Assembly (NCBI GenBank): GCA_030390025.1
Contig: CM059431.1
Location: forward strand, 125,986,001-126,050,000
Origin: Squalus acanthias
Lineage: Eukaryota
Direction: 5' to 3'
Length of the DNA: 64,000 bases
Shown piece after piece: positions 1-10,449 of this stretch (positions are counted from its first letter, which is position 1; each line of letters begins with the position of its first letter). Both the position numbers and the translations under genes were made by a program. The notes under the pieces were generated by a model. It was not told the DNA's origin. It ran no database searches and was given only the letters and a program-made list of their open reading frames with translations.

Positions 1-1399
1 CTGTCCGAACCCCACTTTGGAATCCTCCTCAATCCCGGTAAATTCCAGGGCCGCCTCCTCCCAGGTGGTGAGCTGGGCTACTGAGGGTGGCCCTCCTCCT
101 GTCATGGCTCTTTCCCTCTTATTGTGGGCTCTCTTTTGCTGCAATGAGGGACACAAGTGGAGTTTGAGTGAGAATGAAGGAGTGAGTGTAGAGAATCCAT
201 AGCATAGATGCTTAGAAGGAAACAAAGGGCCCTCTCTGTGTGTTGTAAGTTGTTGTTGTTGCATCACAGTGATAGGGAGTGTGAGGGCTACATGGTCAAA
301 TAGTTAAGTGAATGTGACCATAGAGAGAGAGGGAGCAGGGATGTAAGTGTTAAGTGGGATGTGGAGGAAGAGGTTAGCAAAGCAGAGTGCTGGTGAAGAG
401 AGGCGATGGGGATCAGATTGAGGGAGATGGGAAAGTCAGACTCACTTTTCCTGTGTGGAGAAGGTCATGAAACCTCTTCCTGCATTGCAGCCAGGTTCTG
501 CGGCTCATCGATATGGAGTTGACCTCCTGGGCCACTTGCAGCCACACAGCTTTAGTCTGCTAGATAGAAACATAGATAGAAACATAGAATCTAGGAGCAG
601 GAGTAGGCCATTCGGCCCGTCGAGCCTATTCCACCATTCAATACGATCATGGCTGATCATCCAAATCTCTGTCCCTGCTTTAATCCCCACAGTACACATA
701 TCCCACACTACCCCCGTAACCCCATGTATTTAATTCGCCCTAACATATCCCATCCTATCCCCATAACCCCACATATTTAATCCCCCCCTAACACTAAGGG
801 TCAATTTATCATAGCCAAATCAACCTAACCCGCACATTTTTGGACTGTGGGAGGAAACCGGAGCACCCGGAGGAAACCCACGCAGACACGGGGAGAAAGT
901 GCAAACTCCACACAGACAGTCACCCGAGGTCAGATTCGAACCCGGGTCCCTGGCGCTGTGAGGCACCAGTGCTAACCACTATGCCACCGTGCTGCTGGGG
1001 AGGCTTTTTCCTGCCTGAGGAAGGGAAGAGCACCTCCTTATTCGATCTTGCTCCCTCCACCAGAGCTTGGAGGGAGGGCTCATCGAAGCGTGGAGCACAC
1101 TTTTGCCTGCTGGTGGACATAGTCGATCAATGAATTCCTTACTACAATCACCGTAAAGTTTGTAGTCTCCAGAAGAAGCAAGGATGCTTGCAGGCCTTAA
1201 ATCCAGCAGCATTGATGACATCATTGGAGGCGACTTTCTGTATGTAAAAACTCATTGGGCCAGGGGTTCCCACACGCTGGAAATCAATTGCCCAATTCGG
1301 GGAAAATTGCACTTTTCCCCACTTCACTTCGGAGTCTGGGTCCTGACACGAATGACACCTGACACGCCCCAGCCCGCCAAAACTGGCAAAATCGAGTCC
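1..1399 (-). mobile_element. Harbinger DNA transposon terminal part (Myb/SANT gene exons 1-2 plus terminal inverted repeat), runs off the window start
   Basis: Minus-strand MSTSRQKCAPRFDEPSLQALVEGARSNKEVLFPSSGRKKPPQQ from 1120. Sequence is closely colinear with 48060-49033. Ends in GGCAAAATCGAGTCC (TIR-like) at 1399. Confidence 0.85.
562..991 (-). mobile_element. HE1-like tRNA-derived V-SINE with CR1-derived 3' tail
   Basis: Reverse strand begins GCACGGTGGCATAGTGGTTAGCAC...GGGTTCGAATC (pol III A/B boxes). It has the V-domain CTGTGTGGAGTTTGCAC...GGGTTTCCTCCGGGTGCTCCGGTTTCCTCCCACAGTCC and a CR1-like tail GGCCTACTCCTGCTCCTA plus (CTATGTTT) repeats. It splits Myb exon 1, with CTGCT on both sides (557-561, 992-996). 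Confidence 0.85.
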
Positions 1400-3116
1400 T
1401 CTGTGTCTGTCTTCACGGAAGAAGATGCAAAAAACTTCCCAGAAATAGTGGAGAGGCATGGGTCTAGCGAGAATGAGGAATGAATGAAAGAAATTATTAT
1501 TAGAAAAAAAATAGTACTAGAGAAATTAATTGGACTGAAAGCCAATAAATCCCCTGGACCTGATGGCCGACATCCTAGGATTTTGAAAGAGGTGGCTATA
1601 GAGATAGTGGATGCATTGGTTGTCATTTTCCAAAATTCCATAGATTCTATAACGGTTCCCGGGGATTGGAAGGTAGCAAATGTAACCCCTCTACTTAAGA
1701 AAGGAGGGAGAGAGAAAACGGGGAACTACAGACCAGTTAGCCTGACATCAGTAGTAGGGCAAATGCTAGAATCGATTATTAAGGATGTGGTAACAGGGCA
1801 CTTAGAAATAATAATAGGATTGGGCAGAGTCAATACGGATTTCTGAAAGGGAAATCGTGTTTGATGAATCTGTTAGAGTTTTTTGAGGTTGTAACTAGCA
1901 GAATAGATAAGGGGGAACCAGTGGATGTGGTGTATTTGGATTTTCAGAAGGCATTCGATAAGGTGCCACACAAAAGGTTATTAAACAAAATTAGGGCTCA
2001 TAGGATTGGGGGTAATATACTAGCATGGATTGAGGATTGGTTAATGGACAGAAAACAGAGAGTAGGAATAAACAGGTCATTTTCAGGTTGGCAGGCTGTA
2101 ACTAGTGGTGTACCGCAAGGATCAGTGCTTCGGCCTCAGCTATTCACAATTTATATCAATGATTTGGATGAGGGGACCAAATGTAATATATCCAAGTTTG
2201 CTGATGATACAAAGCTGGGTGGGAATGTAAGTTGTGAGGGGGGATGCAAAGAGGCTTCAAGGGGATATAGGCAAGCTAAGTGAGTGGGCAAGAACATGGC
2301 AAATGGAATATAATGTGGAGGAATGTGAAGTTATTCACTTTGGTAGGAAAAATAGAAAAGCAGAGTATTTTTTAAATGGTGAGAGATTGGGAAATGTTGG
2401 TGTTCAGAGGGACCTGGGTGTCCTTGTACACGAATCACTGAAAGTTAACATGCAGGTACAGCAAGCAATTAGGAAATCAAATGGTATGTTGGCATTTATT
2501 ACATGAGGATTTGTGTATAAGAGTAAAGATGTCTTACTGCAATTATATAGGGCCCTGGTGAGGCCACACTTGGAGTATTGTGTACAGTTTTGGTCTCCTT
2601 ACCTAAGGAAGGATATACTTGCCAAAGAGGGAGTGCAATGGATGTTCACCAGACTGATTCCTGGGATGGGGGGATTGTCCTATGAGGAGAGATTGAGTAG
2701 ACTAGGCCTATATTCTCTGGAGTTTAGAAGAATGAGAGGTGATCTCATTGAAACATACAAAATTCTTACAGGGCTTGACAGGGTAGATGCAGGGAGGATG
2801 TTTCCCCTGGCTGGGGAGTCTAGAACCAGGGTCATAGTCTCAGAATAAGGGGTCAGCCATTTAGGACTGAGATAAGGAGAAATTTCTTCACTCAGAGGGT
2901 GGTGAATCTTTGGAATTCTCTACCCCAGAGGGCTGCAGATGCTCAGTCGTTGAGTATATTCAAGACAGAGATCGATAGATTTTTGGATATTAAGGGAATC
3001 AAGGGATATGGGGAGTTGAGGTAGAAGATCAGCCATGATCTTATTGAATGATGGAGCAGGCTCGAGGGGCCAAATGGCCTACTCCTCCTCCTATTTCTTA
3101 TGTTCTTATGTTCTTC
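1400..3116 (+). mobile_element. CR1 LINE, 3' half of ORF2 (RT) and 3' UTR, frameshifted
   Basis: Fragments [63 protein letters not shown]. Tail is (TTCTTATG)n near 3095-3112. Confidence 0.95.
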
Positions 3117-3614
3117 TATTACATTACACTGCTTTCCTCTTAAAAAAAATGTATGTATTCCCCTCTCAAATGCAACAAACTATGGTCCCAACTTTCCCAA
3201 CAATACATGTACCACATAACAAAAACTCCTGGCTTTTTTTCTTTTAAATGAACTACAAATCCTACAAATGAACTACAAATCTAGCTTAATAACAGGTTTG
3301 CTTTTTCCTGATCTCCTTACAAAAGGTTTTGGTGTTGAACCAATTTTCAGGCTGTTTTGTTTGGGTTCCGAACTCAGAGGTAATCCTGTTTCTATCACAG
3401 ACTTGTTTGAACCTGGCACTTCAGTTACTGAAGTCTGAACTGAGTCAAACACATGTATGTGTTCATGATCAAGTGGTTCAAGATCATTGTCCAATCCAGA
3501 CCAGTAAACAAAGCTTCTTGCAATTGATTTCATACTGACGATCTCTGGATGTTCAGTCTGAAGCTTGTCCAGAATTCTATCTCTCAAAGAAGTAGGTACC
3601 ACCACTCTGTTTCC

Positions 3615-4610
3615 CTAGTTGATACAACCTTGCTCACAGGACAATTCAGTACGATGGTTATGGAATGGTTTCAACTCTGCGTCCATACACTGATCAGTCC
3701 ATCCAGTAAAGGTCTTTTCATTCACTCTTTTCAGTACTGAGTCCTTTTGAGTCTCATCTGCAATCTCAGTTGCATTCACAGGAAAGTCTTTGTCAACTGC
3801 ACCTAGCGTGAAAATCACACCCTCACTCCCAACACACGAGTCCTCATGTGGTAACCTGGACAAGGCATCTGCGATTGTGTTTTGCTTTGAATTGCGATAT
3901 TCAATCGTGTAGTCATATTGTGACAACAGCACTGCCCAATGTTGCATTCTTGACGCGGTCATTGCAGGGATGGCAGATTTGGACCCCAATATTGCTAGGA
4001 GCGGTTTGTGAATGGTTATCAGGATAAACTTTCTGCCGATCAGGAACTGTTGGAATTTCTTGATTCCAAACACCACGGCGAGTGCTTCCTTTTCAACTTG
4101 ACCGTAGTTTCTTTCGGTCTTTGTGAGGGTTCGCAATGCGAACGCAATTGGTTTCTCTTGGCTGTCATCCATTACATGGTTTATGACAGCTGCCACACCA
4201 TAGCGAGATGCATCACACGCTAACTTAAGCTCATGCTCTGTGTTGTAGTGCACAATTAGAGCATCCCTAGAGAGACTTCTCTTACAAGTGTTGTAAGCTT
4301 CCTGTTGTGCTTTCATCCACTTCCACTGGACATCCTTCTTGAGGAGCTTGTGCAATGGAGCTAACATGGTCGCTAACTCAGGTAAGAACCCTGCGTAGTA
4401 CTGGACCATTCCAAGGAAAGATCTTAACTCAGACACGTACTTTGGCTTTGGAGCATTGATGACAGCATCAACCTTTTCCTTAACTGGTTGCAAGCCATTT
4501 GCATCAACTTTCAGACCAAAGTACACAACCTCGGGCTGCACAAAAGCACATTTGCTGCTTTTCAATTTGACATTGTGGGAATTCAGCCTTTGAAGCACTA
4601 AATCTAACAC
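3615..4610 (-). pseudogene. Gypsy pol fragment (RT C-terminus, RNase H)
   Basis: 331-aa ORF with ELRSFLGMVQYY, CDASRYG, ERNYGQVEKEALAVVFG and ADALSRLP. Confidence 0.9.
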
Positions 4611-5426
4611 TTCTAGATTTTCTTCCTCGCTGCTTGTTGCGATCAGCCCATTACCTTGATTGCATAAGCAATTTGGAATTCCTTACAAAATCTTATCCAT
4701 CGTAGTCTGGAAGATTTTGGGGGAGGACTTTACACCATATGGCAGCTTGGTGAATTAATATATTCCCTTGTGTGTGTTGATGGTGAGATACTTTTGACTC
4801 TCTTTGTCAACATTCAGCTGAGCGTAAGCATGCAACAAGTCAAGCTTGGAGAAAACCTTTGACCCAGCGAGTGCTGCATACAAATCTTGCAATGTAGGTA
4901 ATGGGTACTGCTAATCGTCAACTGCTTGGTTGGTAGTAACTTTGTAGTCACCACACAAATGTTAGTTTTGTCTGCTTTGGGCACTACCACAATCGGGGTA
5001 GCCCATTCACTTTTGTCAGTTTTTACTAGCACTCAGTTTTCTCTGAGCTTCGCTAGCTCTTCCTCCACCTGACTTTTCAACGCATAGGGGACCGGCCTTG
5101 GACTTGATGCAGATATGCGCGCCATACCCAGTGGTGCCCTCATAACTGTCTGTGAACATGCTTTCGTACTTCTTCAGCATTGTGTCGAGTCACTTCTTTG
5201 AAGCATCTACACTGAAGATATTTTCCAGTCTAGTTTTAACTTTCTCAACCAGTCTTTGCCCATGAGAGTTGGCCTGTTGTTGTAGCTCGCTACAATAATG
5301 GGCAGCTTTACTGACTGGCCATTGTGTTGAACTGTACATTCCATTTGTCCACATGTCTCTAGAATTTCTCCAGAGTAGGTTTTTAACTCTACGGTACTCC
5401 TTGTAAGTGGTATTTGATTAAACTTA

Positions 5427-6187
5427 GGGGGGAAAATTGAGTCGCGCCCCCTTTTGGGGCACTAACTTCGCCGGGGGCCCTACTTTTAGCGCCCCAAAAA
5501 CATTAGCGTCCCCACGGCTGAAATTCTTTGGTTGCACCACCAGAGGGAAGCGGGGCACTACTGGAAGCGCCCCGCCTCCCTCTTGGGGCGCTGCGAGGGA
5601 ATATCGCGGCGCTATGTGCCGCAGCACCACGCGCTGCGGCACATCATGTCACGGTACTGCAGGCCTTCCTCCCCTTCTTAAAGGGGAGGGGCCTTGCGCA
5701 GCGTGACCCAGGGCCCAGCTGGGCCACCAGGGTTTGGAGTGCTGGCAAAAGAGCCCGGCACTCAAGAGAAGTGCCGGGCTCAGGGAGCGCAGCCGGCACG
5801 CCGAGGGGGGGCTGAAGAGGAGGCAGGGGATGGCAATGGGAGCAGGTGCTGGCAGGCGGCCAGAAACACAAATGGCCGCCCGGCACCTCGCCTTTAATTA
5901 GCGTCGCTCCGGCCACAGGTAGGCCCCCCTGACCCCGTCGGAAATAGCATCCGACGGTAAGTCAGGGGGCGCTACCAAAGATCGCGGCCGGGGCGCAAGC
6001 GGGGTGCTGCGCATGGCGATGACTTCATCACCAGCGGCGCAGTGCCATGGGGCGCTAATGGTTACCACCGCCGCTAACCTCCCGCTGAATTTCGCGGGAG
6101 GAGTTGGCGGCGCCGCGCCCGGGCACTAGTTTCTTTGCGCCTCTTAGGGCGCTAACGGGAGGCGCAAAACAACTACATTTTTCTCCC
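5427..6187. mobile_element. Harbinger-type MITE inserted in the Gypsy protease region
   Basis: TTA TSD at 5424-5426 and 6188-6190. Termini GGGGGGAAAA / TTTTCTCCC. Removing it restores the Gypsy frame DTYESKFNQ. Confidence 0.9.
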
Positions 6188-6424
6188 TTACTCTCATATG
6201 TGTCCTTACTCATGATAGAGCAGTCCACTGTCGTGTCAATACACATATCAATACATTGCTCGTTGATCAAAAGCTTTGTACGGAAGTCTTTCTCACGACT
6301 GCTTGCATTGCTGCTAGTGGCATAGATACTGTAGATGCCTAGTCTTCAACGCCAGGTGTGTTCACTTAATATTGTGAACTCTTCCCTTTTGTTGTCACTG
6401 CTTTGCATTGCCACTAGAATGGTT

Positions 6425-7214
6425 CTAACTTCCTGCTTTAGACCTAGCTCTGCAAGTTGTTGAAATATGACCTTGCTTCTGGCAGTGAAAACATGTTGCA
6501 TTTCTATATTGGCAGGACTGTGGTGATTGATTTCCATTGCAGCGATAACAATTCAATGAACTGCTGTCACCAACATGCTTTTGACTTGGTCTCACAACTT
6601 TAGGTTCAGCAGTGGCTTTGTGACTGTAGACCTCAGCTGCACTAGTCACTTGAGTTAGACGGAGTTCCCTAGCATTCTTAGACACCATCTCCATAGATAG
6701 GGCAATATTGCATGCTATGTCAAATGTTAGGTTCAGAGTGTTCAATAACTTGGTCTGTGTGCGCTCATCCACCAGTCCACACACAAACTTATCTCGCAAC
6801 ACACAATCCAAAAATGTGTCAAAGTTTAAATGCAAAGACAGGTTCTTAAGAGTACAATGTACTTACTGATGGTTTAACTTTGTTTTTGGTTTCTGGTACC
6901 AAACTTATTGCTCTCTGCTATTTCTAATGGCTTTGGGTCGAAATGGTCCTCAAGTTTCTCGACAATGTCTTCAAACGATGTATCCTTCGCTGTCAATGTT
7001 CTGTAGACATCTGGCCCGATCTCCGTTAGAAAAGTTGCTTTCTTCCGTTCATGAATTACTTTATTTTTAGCTTGAACATTCTCATCTGCACCTTCAGTCT
7101 CAATAATGTTATTGGCCTTAAAAAACATCTCCATCCGCTCAATTTAAGAACTGAGTGGTTCACGAGGTCGGTCATACATGCTGAGGCTTCTGATGAATCC
7201 CGTAGACGTGGCCA
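6425..7214 (-). pseudogene. Gypsy gag remnant
   Basis: ORFs 6874-7134 and 6425-6835 give ..FLTEIGPDVY.., LRDKFVCGL and CCHC-type knuckles. Confidence 0.85.
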
Positions 7215-7799
7215 TGATTTCCCCAACCCTGTTGAACAGTGATTCAGCACACTACTTGTGTACCTGTGAGAATCAACGCCGCTGTTGCTGTGTATACATA
7301 CACGCGAAGGCGAAGCACAGACGATTCTGCATGAGCATTAATGGTAAAACATCGTACAAATTCAGTTTAGATGTCACAATTTCACCTTAAACTTGTCCAC
7401 TCGAAGGTTGAACACTGTGTCCTTCCATGATCTCTAAAAATGGCTTTGAGATCCCATCCTTGTCGCCAAAAAGTAATATATGTGGATAGAACAAATGAAG
7501 GACAGAGGCACGATGAATTGTTGGTCCACGTGCTTGCTTTACTCGGCCAGAGAAAACTGAGCATGCTCATACAAAACTATGAGACAAACCATGTGATAAT
7601 ACATTACACGTAACAAATTGGTTTACTCACATTCCTGCCACTAGAAGTGTTCACTTTAGGCTTTAAAGTTTCTGCTATTTGTACTGATGCAACAGTATCA
7701 CTTGGTGTATATACTAAATTAGGAAGTAACACTTCAACATTTATCTGGTGCTAGTGATAGCTCACTCTTAACCTGCAAGATGATCTGACCTATTATCAT

Positions 7800-9050
7800 T
7801 TGAACTTGGAATGATTCCTGGTGATAGTGCCATTAGCTGTCTACATTACAAACAATTTTGGAGTCCTGCTATTGCCTCTCACTGTAGCAGGACTTCTCCA
7901 ACCTTTATCCACATCACTTTGATCCTTACTTGATCACAAGGTTCTAGCACTGGAAATATCCTAACTGGATATGACTGGTTAAAGGAATGCTGGTAAGATT
8001 CCTTCACTTTCTTGTTAGCCTGCTTTATTAATTTTTTACTGGGTCATATTAGCTTCAAATTTGCTGTCCAGCATAGGAACCATAATCGCTCTTCCAATCA
8101 TTAACTGTGCTGGGCTATTACCTTTAGCCAGAATTGGAGCTGCTTTGTAAATCAATTACAGAAGGAAAAGATCCTCTTGTTTCAGAATTTTTTGCAGTTT
8201 ATGCATTACTTTCAGCCTCTCCATTAATTTGTGGATCATAAGGATTAGTGTCGGTATGTACAGGTCATGCAGATTTCTGAATGCCTGAAAATCTGTAGAC
8301 ATAAATTGTGTTCCATTTTCAGTCAAAAGTCCCCAGGAATATCCCAAGGAGTAAACATATCCTCAAGTTTTCCCATAGCATGATGATTTATTTTCCATAT
8401 ATGACAGTTAAACTACTTCAGGAAATCTGGAAAAATAGTCAATAACTACAAAGTATTTTTGTCCTCTGAGCTCACACACATCCACTGCAATCTTCTGTCA
8501 AGGTCACTCTTGTAATTATGTTGTCATCAAAGGCTCTTTCCTTTGAATTGATTTATTAACTTTGAAAAACCCACAGGAAGACTTTTTTTCTAATATCCTT
8601 GTTGATGCCTGACCAACACATGGATATGTTCGCCCTTTCTGGTTCTTCATTAATGCTTGATTTCCCTCATGGATTCTGTCAAGAACCTTGTTCATAGTAG
8701 CAGGGATTAAAATTCTGTTGCCGTATAGTAACAAGCCATTCTTTGCTAAGTATTCTCCTCGTATAGTTTAGTAATCCCTCAATTCACCAAGAATACTTTG
8801 CATATAGGTAGACCATACCTCTTTAGTAGGCCCAATAGTTACTTGAAGTTTTCTGACTGCTGTTTTTGCTTCTCTTATCAATGAAAATATTTCCCTAGAC
8901 AGTGGTTTGTTGACCATAAATTCGCCAAGAGAAGCTTTACCTCATTCTCAGTATTTGCTCCATCTGTATCTTAATCAGGTTCCTAGATAGAGCATCAGAT
9001 ACAATTCGCTCTTTCCTTAGAACATGCTTCCCTTTTACAACTAGTACTAT
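7800..9050 (-). mobile_element. Second, older Gypsy pol fragment (RNase H end and integrase)
   Basis: VSDALSR near 8985, LLYGNRILIP..LDRIHEG, VVIDYFSRFPEV near 8420-8455, TENGTQFMSTDFQAF. Confidence 0.8.
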
Positions 9051-9080
9051 AGGTCATATCATTCCATAACTGTCTCAATG

Positions 9081-9298
9081 GTGAGAAGTCGCACAACACC
9101 AGGTTATAGTCCAAAAGTTTTATTTGAAATCACAAGCTTTCGGAGCTGCTGCCCCTTTGTCAGGTGAAGACTTCACCTGACAAAGGGGCAGCAGCTCCGA
9201 AAGCTTGTGATTTCAAATAAAACTGTTGGACTATAACCTGGTGTTGTGCGACTTCTCACTTTTGTCCACCCCAGTCCAACACCGGCATCTCCGCATCA
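9081..9298. mobile_element. Penelope-like element terminal (pLTR) fragment arranged as an inverted repeat
   Basis: 89-bp arms at 9081-9169 and 9171-9259, each holding a hammerhead-like core. Flanked by direct repeat TGTCTCAATG(GTGA) at 9071-9084 and 9299-9312. Confidence 0.85.
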
Positions 9299-10049
9299 TG
9301 TCTCAATGGTGACAGCTTGTTTCATTCTTTTTGATTCCTCTCGCAGTTTTGGACTCCGCCCGTCGACTGTCCAAAAGTCATAATCGACCCCATGCTCTTC
9401 TTCTTGCTCCATAGCATAAACAGGAAGTCTTTGGGTCATTGTAACTTTTAGCGCCGGGCAAAAAGTAGGTGATAGTGAATCGGGAGCCTGTTTTACACCT
9501 CACCAGATCAATGGAAAAGAAAATCGGGTGAGGTATAAAACGAGCTGCTGTTTAGCTAAATTTTCCCCCTCTAATCTATATATCATCACCTTTTTGGGAA
9601 GTTTTAGTCATAGTCCTGAACTGTGAAAATCTTTCTTGTCATGTTGACCAGAGTGACTGCAGGCTGAAGATAAAACTTTATGGTGGTTTAAATTAAGACA
9701 ATTTTAGTTTATTTCTGACTCCATACCATATGATCAGACTGAAGCATTTCTTGGTTCTCAAAAGTTTTTTCAAATAATCTAAACAGCATTTGATTTTACT
9801 TCTAACAGTTTCACAAAAAGGATGCAGCAAATACTTGAGTAAACACTAAACGCTCCTGTCTTCTCACCAGACTAACCAACTAATTTGTGGAAATGCACTT
9901 TCATCACAATATTTATGCTACAACGCCCATTTTACATCTGCACCATTTCCCTTTATTGCACAACTGCTGCTATGCTGTCTAGCTACTTGTTTAGTCATGA
10001 ATGAGCCAAAAGTTCCTTCAACTAAACATTGAAAATCCATCCGGTTCGG

Positions 10050-10449
10050 TTCAAGCCAGAATCTCCTCAACCTTCACCCTGATTCCACCTCTCTCCCCAA
10101 TTGATCATTCAAGTTGAACCTGACCATGCACAACCTTGGTGTTCTGCCCAATTCTGAACTGAGTTTCAAAGCCCACATCCAGTTTATCATCAAGCCCACA
10201 TAATTCCACTTCTGAACCTTTGCCCACATCCCTATTCACTCCACCACCACCAAAAGCCTCATCCATGCCTTTGTCACCTTCAGGCTCAACTTTTCTAATG
10301 CTCTCCTCAATTCACATAAGCTCCACCCTCAAAGTCCAACTCATCCAGAACACCATCATTATTCTATCCTGTAAAGAATCCCACTCAGCATTGTCACAGT
10401 TCTCAGTGACATACATTGGCTCCCCATCTTCTAGCGCATAGATTTCAAA
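10050..10449 (+). mobile_element. L2 LINE 3' fragment (left piece, continues at 13253)
   Basis: AACCTTGGTGTT..TGAACTGAGTTTCAAAGCCCACATC, CTCATCCATGCCTTTGTCACC and CAACTCATCCAGAAC are typical of the L2 ORF2 C-terminus. Confidence 0.7.

Larger units (their letters stand above)
3150..7690 (-). mobile_element. Ty3/Gypsy LTR retrotransposon, decayed (gag-PR-RT-RNase H, integrase core deleted)
   Basis: PBS-like TGGCGACAAGGATGGGA at 7468-7452. Gag zinc knuckles (CFHCQKQGHISTTC), RT (SEWATPIVVVPK), RNase H (LACDASRYG, ADALSRLP) and integrase N-terminus (MKSIARSFVYW). Purine tract near 3158-3170. LTR boundaries are approximate. Confidence 0.9.

Noticed and set aside
915..991. tRNA-like sequence on the minus strand
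   Set aside because: It is the pol III head of a SINE, continuous with the V-domain and LINE tail. The same applies to 52230-52294 and 55270-55338.
9081..9259. miRNA precursor, intrinsic terminator or CRISPR-like repeat
   Set aside because: Better explained as inverted Penelope termini within a TSD. There is no repeat-spacer array and the context is eukaryotic.
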